From the NCBI GenBank assembly GCA_026914245.1, contig CP110439.1:8308001-8372000 (forward strand): a stretch of 64,000 bases of DNA, read 5' to 3'. The DNA comes from Puccinia triticina (taxonomy: Eukaryota). Below, piece after piece: positions 24,564 through 36,103 of the stretch. Both the position numbers and the translations under genes were made by a program. Below the pieces are notes generated by a model that was not told the origin of the DNA, made no database searches, and saw nothing but the letters and a program-made list of their open reading frames with translations. Positions within the stretch are counted from its first letter, which is position 1; each line of letters begins with the position of its first letter.

Positions 24564-25682
24564 TGTCAGCCGGGCTACTATATTAAGTTAGAGCCCAGCT
24601 AACTGATATATAACAATTGTTAAAAATACACATTTATTGCGGCGCAGAGCGCCTTGTATAAAATGAATACCATATTCATTATTGAACAATAAAAGCGGCG
24701 CAGAGCGCCGCGCATACGAAAATGAATATGTAATAAAAGACCTCCCCTCGAACGATGTATAGAATCAAGGAGAGACTGTCAAAACTCCAGCCGCAGGTAG
24801 CGGCCGGAGAAAGAATAGTAGCCATGATCCAAAAACCCGTTCTCAGGCCAAGAGAACGGGTTTGCTATTGTTGAACTAGCAAAAAATCCCGTAGAACGTT
24901 CTACAGGAAACGGCTGGAGGAGAGTAGTGAAGAAGTAAACTGCTGCGTCTCCCCCGGCCGAAGATGAACAACCAAGAAAACGTCATAAAGAGTGGAACTC
25001 TTCCTCGGACCGAGGAAGAGTAACCCTTGTCGTTGAGTAAAGAGGACAAGAGCGATGCGAGCAATAGAACGCTCTACCACTCCTGTCCTAACTAGTTCTT
25101 CCCGCGGCTGAGAAGCCGCGATGAATTTGAAAATAGACCAGCGACCCTACCGGTCGCCTCAAGAATATATAAAGGGAGGCTTCTGAGCGAGTAGAAGCCT
25201 CCCCAGATTCATACAAACCATTTCGCCGTACCGCCAGCCTTGCCCTCGTCTACCCGACTAGTCCGCCAGCCTGACTGTCCTTCGATCTCGGTTTCTCCAG
25301 AGTCATTTGTCGTTTTTTTATTGTGGACTTTCTCTCTGAGTAAGTCCACTGTTTTTTCTTTCTCTATCGGGATATATATCCCCCACCATCTCCTGGGAAC
25401 GTCTTGCACGTTCGAAATACCCCCTTAACTGGGCCCCAGACGTCACAGGTCACACCACCCCTGCGCATAGTGTGCGCAGGCCCTGTAAGATCTTCCGGAG
25501 GGCACTTAACCACCCCAGGCGCTCCTGGCCCCTCCGTTAACCCCTTTTTTGGGTATATTAAAAATAACTTCAAAGTTATTTTGCACTTTATCGCGCTTTT
25601 GCCGCGCGTACCACCGCACCGTTGCGCAGTCACCGGTGTAGCTAGAGGAGTACACATACTCTTGGCATCACCGCGCCTGACA
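24564..25682 (+). repeat. 3' LTR of element A
   Basis: Direct repeat of 959-2077, preceded by PPT TGGTGGGAGGGAA. Confidence 0.97.
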
Positions 25683-26129
25683 CAGAGAATAAGCAGAAAT
25701 TTCTATTAATCAATCTCAGCTCAGCATCTAAACAGTTTCTTGAATCCTGTTCCAAATTTATCTGGATTAACTACCTTACATATCCCAAGGACCATAGTTC
25801 ATTTTCCTTCATTTTTGTACCTTTTTATTTTGTGCGTCACTTTGTGGCTAGTTCTCTCATTGAATCCAACATATTTTCTGTCTTCCAATTCTGAATATAC
25901 ACCACAAGGTGCAATCTTGGGATTTCTGCACATCCTGTGGACCCTTTTGTCTGCAGTATACCCGGGGAGCATCCAGCAGATGCCATGTGCCCAATACATC
26001 TTGTACTCCCATTTGAAGGGACTTCTCTTCTCCTTTTTACTCCAGCTGGTCTTCACCTAGGTTTCCCTTTCTTCTTCATTCCTTTGAAATCCGCACTCTT
26101 TTCATAGAGCTGGTAGAGGCTTGGCTCAA

Positions 26130-26760
26130 TGACCAACATGTAGTAATGGTCATTGAGCTGGGTTTTTCCCATCTCAGTGACCTGTACTAAAGTGGAGGGT
26201 GTCTTCACTCAATGGCAGATACACACCAGTTACTGAGTGGAGAACCCCTCCACTCAATGGCTGGTGCACACCAGTAGTGACCTGTACTCAAGTGGAGGGT
26301 GTCTTCACTCAATGGCAGATACACACCAGTTACTGGGTGGTGGACTCTATGGCTGATGCACACCAGTCACAGATTGTAGAATCATCCAGCTCAATGAAAT
26401 TGAAACCATGATCATTAAGGGGAGGATGTCTCCACTTGATGGCCTGTAATGTACATTGGCAATTGAGTGGATACACCCTCTGCTCAATAGTTGTCCAACA
26501 TTCATCAAGTGGAGGGTATATTCACTCAATTTATTTGCTGTACACCCAGGTCAATGAGTGGAGAGTGTCTCATTTTGATGGCTGATACCCACCAGTAAGT
26601 GTAAAATTCCAGGGTGTACCAGGCATCAAGTGAAGGTACCCTTCACTAAATTACCAGTGTGCACACCCTTAATTCAATCAAATTTCAGTCTTAGTTGCAC
26701 ATAAGATCAAAATACTTGAAGCCTGCTACACACATGCTCACACAGATTACATCAGCCAGT
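26130..26760. repeat. Dispersed repeat with internal ~50/100-bp tandem units (GAGTGGAGGG..CACTCAATGG)
   Basis: ~100-bp tandem duplication at 26177-26340; inverted homolog at ~59080-59760. Confidence 0.65.
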
Positions 26761-27447
26761 GTTACCAAAGAAACATATGGTTTGGCACTCCCTAGAGAGT
26801 GCCACACATTCCCCCCTTGGGTATGCTGGCAGTGTGTGCCTTCCCGCCCGCACTATTGCCCAGTGGACATTCCATGACACTTACCCATATAAGTCACCAC
26901 ATTGTCAATCTGTAGCCCCCTGCAGAATCAGATCTGCAGCCAGAAAATATTAATTTTTGCAGGGAAATGCTGTCCCAAGGGCTGCAGGGTCTGTAGATCT
27001 TGACAGTGAGTCCTCCACTTCTTGTTGCCTAAATGGCTTTATTTAAAGGGTTCCACTAAACCTTGTTTGCTGGCAAAACCCTGATCTCAATCAAGTTTCA
27101 CCAGCCAGTGGAGTTCCTGTTGCCCAAAAGGCTTGATTTGGAGCAACAATGAGCAGTTATTGCTACAGTAACAAGTAAAGTAACAATAACATACTGAATT
27201 TTTGCTGTTATTGCTATTGTTAGGGGTAACAGTGCTGCAATATTAATATTGCACTGGGGGAGAGCCCTTTTGTGAAGTCAGTTACAATATCTGTGGGTGG
27301 GGCAGCAAACAGCCTCAAAAAAGAATGGCTTATTACTTTACGCATGATGCCCCTGTTTGCACCTCACTGATAACAATAACGGTGGTCAGTTACTTTACTA
27401 AAATCCATCAGATATTGTAAAGTAAAGTAACTGCTCACAGCTGTTTG

Positions 27448-28378
27448 CACTGCAAGAAAAACTCTAGAAACTGCTTGCAGTTGAGATGCAAGAGCTCAAG
27501 GCAAGCTGTGCCTCATGCAAGAATCAAGCACTGGTTGATTACATGCAAATTGCATAATTTATGCAAGAGTGAGTCTAAGCTCCAAAAAACTTAGTACAGG
27601 CTCCAAAATACTGAGTTGATACCTGTGCAGATTCCCCTTTCATGTGCACATACCCCTTTCATGTGAACATACCCCTTTTTATGCATTCAACCCTTTCATA
27701 ATGTTACCCGTTCATGTGCGCATACCCCTTTCATGTGCGTGTATCCCTTTCATGTGCGTGTATCCCTTTCATGTGCGTGTATCCCTTTCATGTGCATGTA
27801 TCCCTTTCACAATGGGTACATACCCCTTTCATCATGAGTTCATGAACCTTTCATGTTTACATTTTGCTTTTGATTTTTTTACATCCCTTTCATACCCCTT
27901 TTATCATTCAGGTTTACATACCCCTTTGATGTTTACATATCCCTTTCATGTGCAAATACCCCTTACTGCACATACTCCTTTCATACATACAAACCCCTTT
28001 CATCATGTTTAAATATCCCTTTCATGTGTTAATACACCTTCTCACATTCCCCTTTCACGCTTACACATTCATTTCTTATGTACATATCCCTTTCATGTGG
28101 ACACACCCTTTTTATGTTATCCTGGCTGGATTCACATGGAGTGTTTAATAAAATAAAATAACAGGGTGCTCAGGGGGATGCTCATTTTCAAGGTTGAACA
28201 TTTGCCTCAGCCTACTGCATGATCACTACAGAATGTTCAGCATTGGAATGCTGAACAAGGTATACACTCAAGGTGCACCAGCACAGAATTTGGATGCTTG
28301 ACTCCAGCTTGAGCTGAGGCTTGATTCAAGCTTGCTGCATCTCAACTGCAAGCAGTTTCTAAAGTTTTTCTTGCAGTG
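27448..28378. mobile_element. Non-autonomous CACTA/CMC-like element (CACTG termini) with an internal minisatellite
   Basis: ~45-bp TIR CACTGCAAGAAAA..; 3-bp TSD TTG; ~19-bp ATCCCTTTCATGTGCGTGT tandem array at ~27625-28110. Confidence 0.8.
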
Positions 28379-28490
28379 TTGGAGGAAGCAGCTAAACCTT
28401 GTTTTCTAGAGAAAACTTGATATCAACCTCTAGATTCATTTTATTCAAAGGTAAGTCCTCCAGTAAAGTGTAGCCTGTCCCTCCAAATAA

Positions 28491-28603
28491 CACTGCGAAA
28501 AAAAACTCAAGAAACTGCTGCCAGTTGACATGCAATATTACAAAGGCGGCTTTGTAATATTGCATGTCAACTGGTAGCAGTTTCTTGAGTTTTTTTCACA
28601 GTG
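28491..28603. mobile_element. 113-bp CACTG-type hairpin MITE
   Basis: Near-perfect palindrome CACTG..CAGTG; 3-bp TSD TAA. Confidence 0.82.
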
Positions 28604-29975
28604 TAAGTCTTCCATTCCAAGGGGGAGGGTAAAGATGAACAATCAAGACTTGGGTACCTGTTGGCACCATGACCCGACCTGCTTGTTTATTTGCCAAAAC
28701 CAAAACCTCACACCGCACCTGGAACAGCTTGGAGGGTACTGGCAGTACTTTTGGCAGGTACCCCAGGTACCCCTTGTGCCGTTTTTTGTATTTTTCAATC
28801 TCACAATTGGCTTTACTTTTGTCAATTGTGTCCAATTGATTGGAAAGCTCAGGCACACCATACAAAGAGTAGCTGGTACTATTGGAGTTTGAAGCAAATT
28901 TCTGAGCTCAATCTGTACAGGGATAATACTCAGTCAGAACTGGCTCTCAGAAAAAGAAATGAGGAAAATGTAGTACTCGCACAACTCGTCCTTGTTGGCC
29001 AATTTACCACCTCCAGATTGTGGCTAGGCTGTGCTAGTTGGAGTATTGATATTGCCTTCTTTGCTAGTTTGTTGACTCATGTCATCTTTGGGGTTACCTT
29101 GGATTGAGGATGCTTGAGATGATTGGGTTTTGTGTTGTTTGCGGGTGGCACTCAGAGCCATGGTTGAGGTCGGTCAACAAGGTGAGGCAAGGGTATACAT
29201 ATATATATAACATCCGGTCTGGCTTTGATGATATGTCATATGTGTGAGAGTCCTGTTTGGACTCTTCACTGAAGGCAGAGTAGGTGGCGCAGAGAACTCG
29301 TCTCAGAGATTGTAGTGCCCAACAGTGGTGAATTGTGAAAGAACTCAAGCAACTAAGATTTATTTCTCTATCAGAATCTAAACATGATACTGTAGCGTAG
29401 AAACAAATAGAGAGAAAAGGTAGTTGAGAATTACCTAAGAGCAGGTGATAGGCCGCTCTCTACTGAGAATAATGAGAAATGAGAAGTGTAAGATGCGCTG
29501 GTATCAACTTGTGCCAGAGTGACCTGGGAAGCAATGTAGCGTATTAGCTTTTAGGCTCCTTGTTTCTCTGAGTGAGAGTCTCGTGCGTTCTTACACCCTT
29601 TTGCCTTTTTGGCCCTTAGGATCCCTGCGATTATCTACTCGCGAAGCGGCTGAGGATTTCGGCTTTTCCTGCTAGAAGAATAAGCACGCTCCTTATCAAC
29701 CTTTTACTTCTTTTGCTTAGCTCGGACAACGTTACTCACCAACTGTTTTCCTTTCTCTTTGAGTGGAGTCGGTTCGAGCGGTTTTTTCCTGAGAGTCTAA
29801 GTCTTTAGGGATAGTTTGGGTTTAGCATTTAGCCTGGTCTTTGAGTTTAAGCATCAGCTGCTCACCTTTGGTGTTAGCTGATATTCTTGCTCTTAAAGAC
29901 TGGGAGCCAGGATTTTCCGCAAGCCTGAGTCTGCTGGTCGTTGGAGTTGAATCTGCAAAACATCAAAATGATGTG

Positions 29976-32900
29976 TCAGCTTTGCAACCCCGCGGAACCA
30001 GTTTTGGACTGCGGAGATGGTTCGCTTTGCTTACCATTTTCCGCAGCTAATGTAGATCCCGGCCGCTTTCCCAATTTATGGGAATGTGGCCGTTCACCTA
30101 GGCGTGTAATCTCACAGCCTCCCGTGCTTCGAGTCGCAAGATGCGAAGCAGACCCCGGAATTTGAATGACCGATAGTTTTGCGAGTGACTTTCGAATGAC
30201 TGTCCTCCCGGTTGGCTTGGTGAGAAAGTCAGCTGCATTTTTGGTAGTCTTGACGTAAATAGTGAGAATTAGACCGATCACAATGAGTTCTCGGACGAAG
30301 TGGAGTCTGATTGCCATATGCTTTGTGCGGAAGCCATTCTGCGACGTCTCACTCTTCGCCAGATCAATGGCTCCACGGTTGTCAATGTAGACCTTGAACC
30401 CAGTGCAGCTTGAGAGAATGAGGGTTTCCTCGCCGAGATTCGCAGCCCAGGCTAGTTCTTGGCCAAGGTCCGAGAGTGCCTTGTACTCTGCCTCCGTCGT
30501 GGAAAGAGACACCGTTGGTTGTTTCGACGACTTCCAGTTGATGAGGTGAGCGCCTGATTGGACAACAAAGCCTGTAGTTGATCGCCTGGTGTCGGGGCAA
30601 TTGCCCCAGTCAGCGTCAACATAGGCTGTGACTTGCGAGTTTTCCTGCTTGACATATGTGAGGCCGATGGACTTGGTTCCGTTCAGGTACCGAAAGACTT
30701 GTACAGCAGCGTGATAGTGTTTGATGCCTGGTTTTTCCAGGTATTGAGACAAGGTGCTGACAGCAAAGGTGATGTCGGGCCGCGTAAGAATGCTCAGATA
30801 GTTGAGAGACCCTACCAGCGCACGGTAACTTACTCCAGTAGCCGCAAATGCCTGAAGTTCACTTTCTGACGCCTTCTTGAGATATTCCCGAGGGTTTAAA
30901 GGGCATGAGGCAGGATGGAGATGTTCAAGTCCGAACTCTTGCAGCTTTCTCTCGATGTATTGAGTTTGATTTATCTGCAGGCCATCCCGGAATCGCTCGA
31001 TGTTCATCCCCAAGAGAAATTCAGCCTTTCCCATGTACTTAATTTCAAATTCCGCTTCCATTTCTTGTTTGAAGACTTCAGGTTGCTTGCTTATGATGAC
31101 TAAGTCATCAACGTGGGCGAATATCCAGGTTGCTGGTTTGCCATCGCTAGCTGCACGCCAGAAGACGCATGGATTGGAAACAGCTGCTTCGAAGCCAAGA
31201 GAGAAGAGGTAGTTTGATAAATGCTTATACCAGACGAGTGGCGCCTGCCGAAGTCCGTAGATGGCCTTCTTTAGTTCCAGAACAGAGTTTGGCGGACAAT
31301 CCAATCCCGGCGGCGGGAGGAGAGTGACCTTATCCTCCAAAGGGCAAGTTAGAAAGGCACTCCTAACATCAAGTTGATGTATCTCCAAGCCGTTGTTGAC
31401 CGCAAAAGAGAGCAGAAAGCAAAGAGACGCGGGTTTGCCGGTAGGAGCGTATTTCGCCTCAAAGTTGAGGCCGTGCGTCTGTCAAAACCTTGAGCGCATA
31501 TCCGGGCTTTGAACTTGACTACTTGATTCTCTGAGCCAAGCTTCTTGCGGTACGCCCAGGTAGACGGAATAGGATCATCAGATTCAACCCTGACACGGAC
31601 TATCCAGACATTGTGCTTTCGCATGTTGTTGATCTCTTTTTCCTCAGCTTCTGCCCAATTTTGGCTTTCGGAGCACGCCATGGCTTGCTTGTGGCTTTTC
31701 GGCTCTATGGAGACAGTGACGGTATAAGCTTGCTTTCGTTCCCTCTTCCCGTTGAGAATGTTTCGGCTATCAATCCCGCCGATGATGGCTCTCGGAGGCA
31801 GTGCTTGATCATTGTCTGATCGGGGAGAGTGCAGCGCCTCATCATCGCTGTTCGGAGTTGTGGTATGTAGCTGCTTAAGAACGGCCTCCATCTGCCGCTC
31901 CTCTTCGTCACTTTCGAGATCTTCCTTGCTGCCTTCTAGTCCAGGGAGATCCTCCTCTTCCTCGAAGGGAAAATCAGCCTGCGCCGAGAAATTCGGCATT
32001 TGATCATTGCTTGCGACAAGATGGCCCTGTCTGATGGATCCACAGGCAGGAAAGAAGCTTTCATCAAAATGAGCGTGCTTTGCTATGATGACTTGCTTAT
32101 CTTCGAGTCGGCAGATTTTGTAAGACGAGTAGTTGTTCTCGTACCCGACTAGCACACCTTCCCACGAGATGGGGTCGAATTTGTTGGTTCGATGTTGCTT
32201 TGGTTTTACCACCCACACCCAACATCCGAAAGGCCGGAAGAAGTTCATGTTGGGTGCGGATTTGAAAAGCAACTCTACTGGACATTTCTTGCTTTTCGAC
32301 AGCAAAGGCAAGCAGTTTGTTGTTGCGGTAGCCATTCGGACCGCTTCACCCCACCATTCGGGGGCTAGATTCGATTGCATAATCATGCAACAAGTCATTT
32401 CAATCAAGGTCCGATTCGCCCTCTCGGCTAGACCGTTGTTCTGGGGTGTATACGGTGGTGCAACATGGTGTTGAACACCCGCTTCCTGCAGGAGTGATCC
32501 CAATGTCTTGTTGCAGAATTCTCCGCCTCCGTCCGTCACGAGCTTTTTCATGGTATGGCCGGTTTGTTTTTCAAAAAGTTTTCTGAAGTTTTTGATAGCT
32601 TCGACTGCCTGACTTTTTTCTTTGAGTATTACTGAATGAATGTATCCAGTGTATTGGTCGACCAGTGTAAGGAAGTATCGGGCTTGGCCGTTAGTTGGCG
32701 GCAAGATTGGGCCCACTAGATCACCATGAATGACTTCTAGTGGAGCGTTCAAGGGTTTGAAATGGCTCTTGCATGACAATCGAGCGGCTTTGCCCTGCAT
32801 ACATGCGGAGCATGCGTGAGTCTTGGTTAAATCAAGAGTGACTGGTATGGCAGTAGCGATTCTCGATGCACAGGCGTGCCCGAGGCGGTTATGCCATTTC

Positions 32901-34234
32901 ACAAAGTCAGAGGGTGGATTTGTTGCTTCACACAAGAGACCGACTGGAAGTAGATTTTCAGGGTCAAGGACCCCTTTGATCTCGAGGAGATCATTGCTGA
33001 CATCGACCGAGAAAGGTTGACCATCGTCGATTTTCACAGCGAATCCGTCGAGTCCTTGTTGTATCAGTGCTTGCGTTTTCATCAACTGCACAAACAAGAC
33101 CAGGTTACGGGTGAGGGCCGGCACATAAAGTGCGTCTTTAAGCGTAAGAGTCCCTCCGTTGGCAAGAGGAAGGGTGGCTTCTCCTCGAGCTGTGGCGACT
33201 AGAGTTCCCGGACCACTACCCGTTAGAATATCAATCTTTACGGGGCTGGTCTGCTTGAAGTAGCCAAGAGCATTCAGCATGTGGTTGCTGGCCCCGGAAT
33301 CGAGAATGGTGGTTTGCCGCCGGGTGCTCTTTGATTCTGATAGATAGCTGAAAGAAGGCCTGATGTTGTCGTCTGACGATGCTTCACTTTGTCGAGGCAT
33401 GGTGTGGTACGACGATCCGCTTGCTGCTTTCTCCGCTTTTCTCTTTTCAAGAGCTTCCTGGTACTTCTTTGGGTGAAGCGTCCAGCAGTTTTCTTTGGTG
33501 TTATTCGAGGCTGGATTGTGCTTCTCGTTATAACATTTGATTGGGTTGTATGGCTTCTTCTTCTTGTTGGCGGTGTTGGCCACAAGTGCAGTTGTGGCTC
33601 CATTTGCCACGCTTGGGTCGGGTGCTTTCCGTTTATTAGATTTTTCAAATCTACCCACTTCTCTGAGACGGTTGATCACGAATTTGGGTTTTCCTAGCGC
33701 ATTCAAGTCTCCGAATAGACTTTGCATGAGAAATGGCCTCTTTTTAGTTATGCGGCTGATGATGCTGCAGCAGACGACAAAGTCGGGGACGACCATGGAG
33801 AGCGAATCAAATTTCGCTAGACATTCTTCGATACCAGCGATGTATGCAGCCATATTGTCGTTAAACTGAGTATCCTCCCACTGAGCCCAGACTTCGTAGC
33901 TAGCCAAAATGGAATCTGAGGCATATACCGATTTGAACATCTGCCAAAGTTCATAGGGATTCTTCGAGTTATTTTTCTTAACGATTGTGTTGAAGACGCC
34001 GTCGGTGAGATTTGAGCACAGTAGATTCGCGGCTCTTTGAGCTTTTGCTTTAGCTCTGGTGTTCATGTCCGGCAGTGGAGGCTCGTCAATGAAACGTTCA
34101 AGATTGAACTCCGCTAAGGCCATGCGAATCTTTTTCTCCCATATTTTGAAGTTTTCGCCAGTCAACTTAGGCACTTTCATGGTCGGTTTTCCTCCAAGGC
34201 TAGAATCGCTCGATTCATTATCGGAGGTGGCCAT
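29976..34234 (-). pseudogene. Copia gag-pol polyprotein with a single frameshift
   Basis: ILDSGASNHM, WHNRLGH, IHGDLVGP, TDGGGEF, PQNNGLAER, HQLDV, HVDD, YVDADW, ADFLTK. A 1-nt deletion near 31483 (QGF-RQTHG) separates ORFs 31349-34234 and 29976-31388. Confidence 0.93.
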
Positions 34235-34294
34235 TTTACCGTCCTGCTCCTAGTTAGCTTGTAGTTGATAGGTTCTGAGGTAGCGTTTGAGTGT

Positions 34295-34308
34295 CGAGGC
34301 TGTAAATC
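34295..34308 (-). promoter_or_regulatory. Copia PBS complementary to a tRNA-Tyr anticodon arm (half-tRNA priming)
   Basis: Plus-strand CGAGGCTGTAAATC abuts the LTR and matches 13/14 nt of CGAGACTGTAAATC in the tRNA-Tyr copy at 42620. Confidence 0.7.
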
Positions 34309-36103
34309 TGAAAGAACTCAAGCAACTAAGATTTATTTCTCTATCAGAATCTAAACATGATACTGTAGCGTAGAAACAAATAGAGAGAAAAGGTAGTTGA
34401 GAATTACCTAAGAGCAGGCGATAGGCCGCTCTCTACTGAGAATAATGAGAAATGAGAAGTGTAAGATGCGCCGGTATCGACTTGTGCCAGAGTGACCTGG
34501 GAAGCAATGTAGCGTATTAGCTTTTAGGCTCCTTGTTTCTCTGAGTGAGAGTCTCGTGCGTTCTTACACCCTTTTGCCTTTTTGGCCCTTAGGATCCCTG
34601 CGATTATCTACTCGCGAAGCGGCTGAGGATTTCGGCTTTTCCTGCTAGAAGAATAAGCACGCTCCTTATCAACCTTTTACTTCTTTTGCTTAGCTCGGAC
34701 AACGTTACTCACCAACTGTTTTCCTTTCTCTTTGAGTGGAGTCGGTTCGAGCGGTTTTTTCCTGAGAGTCTAAGTCTTTAGGGATAGTTTGGGTTTAGCA
34801 TTTAGCCTGGTCTTTGAGTTTAAGCATCAGCTGCTCACCTTTGGTGTTAGCTGATATTCTTGCTCTTAAAGACTGGGAGCCAGGATTTTCCGCAAGCCTG
34901 AGTCTGCTGGTCGTTGGAGTTGAATCTGCAAAACATCAAAATGATGTGTCAGCTTTGCAACCCCGCGGAACCAGTTTTGGACTGCGGAGATGGTTCGCTT
35001 TGCTTACCATTTTCCGCAGCTAATGTAGATCCCGGCCGCTTTCCCAATTTATGGGAATGCGGCCGTTCACCTAGGCGTTGTGGAACTCCAACCGGTGCTG
35101 GGCCGTCGGCAGTTACTGGAAGGGAATGTGCGCTGCCTTCGAGGTGGTCCAAGGGAGATTCTAGGATTCGAGTGACAGCCGAAGTTTTTGGGGGGGGATT
35201 TGTAATTATGAGACGACGGGGGGGTAGATTCCCGTCGGCGGTAATTTGTTTTGTTGAGGATCTGAGAGAAGCAGCCGGCGAACTGGGCCGGGAAACGTGA
35301 TCTAAAAGAAGAGGGGAAAGGATCGGCGCAGGCTGAGAGGAATGACTCAGAAACCCCGCGAGTATATCTGAACTAGGATCAATAAGCTTTCTGATTCGAA
35401 GTGACGAGATGATCTGATAAAATTTGGGTTCAGACAAAGTCTCATGCCGTCCCCTCCGCCTAAGCTCCGAAGAACTTAAACTTCAGGGATGATGACAATC
35501 TTGTGACAGGTCATCACAACCACCCGCGCGCCTACGCGCGCGCCACAACTGAAAAGGAAAGGACACAACAACTAAAAGGCTAAGAAAAAAAAACCAACCC
35601 ACCACACTCTAACCATCCAACGCGCGCAGTATGAAACAAAAGAGGAGACAACATGAAAGAAGAATTGAAACAACAAAGGAAGAAAAAGGAGGAGTAACAA
35701 ACATCTAAGAAAATAAGATCAAGGGGCCAAAAGAAAGAAAATCCGCCGGAAGGAAGCCGCTGGTCCTGAAACACCTTGATGATTCCACCGCGCGCGACGC
35801 GCGCTGATTGATCTTGAGGACCCGCGAGCTGATGTCTTGACATCTGAAAGCTTGAGAAATCCGCCGCGCCACGGGCACCACGTAAATAGCCACCACATCT
35901 CCACCACGCTTGCAGTCTGTCCCTAGACTGCTCCTCTTCCATCCGTGCACTAAAGAAAAGAAAAAAAAGAAGGGGGGAAGGATCCTAAAGACAAAAAGGG
36001 GAGAAAACCGGGCGCCGACGCAATGCTCACGAGTGTGGCAAGAAGTAGGGTTTTGACGAATGACGGTAGTAGCTACCCGGAAAGTGCATACCAGGAGAGG
36101 AAC

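Larger units (their letters stand above)
959..25682 (+). mobile_element. Ty3/Gypsy chromovirus LTR retrotransposon A (full-length, decayed, hosts nested insertions)
   Basis: 1119-bp TG..CA LTRs at 959-2077 and 24564-25682; 5-bp TSD CAGAG (954-958 / 25683-25687); PBS at 2080; PPT at 24551-24563; gag-PR-RT-RH-IN-chromodomain. Confidence 0.97.

Noticed and set aside
27625..28110. CRISPR-like array
   Set aside because: Degenerate tandem minisatellite without unique spacers, in eukaryotic DNA.
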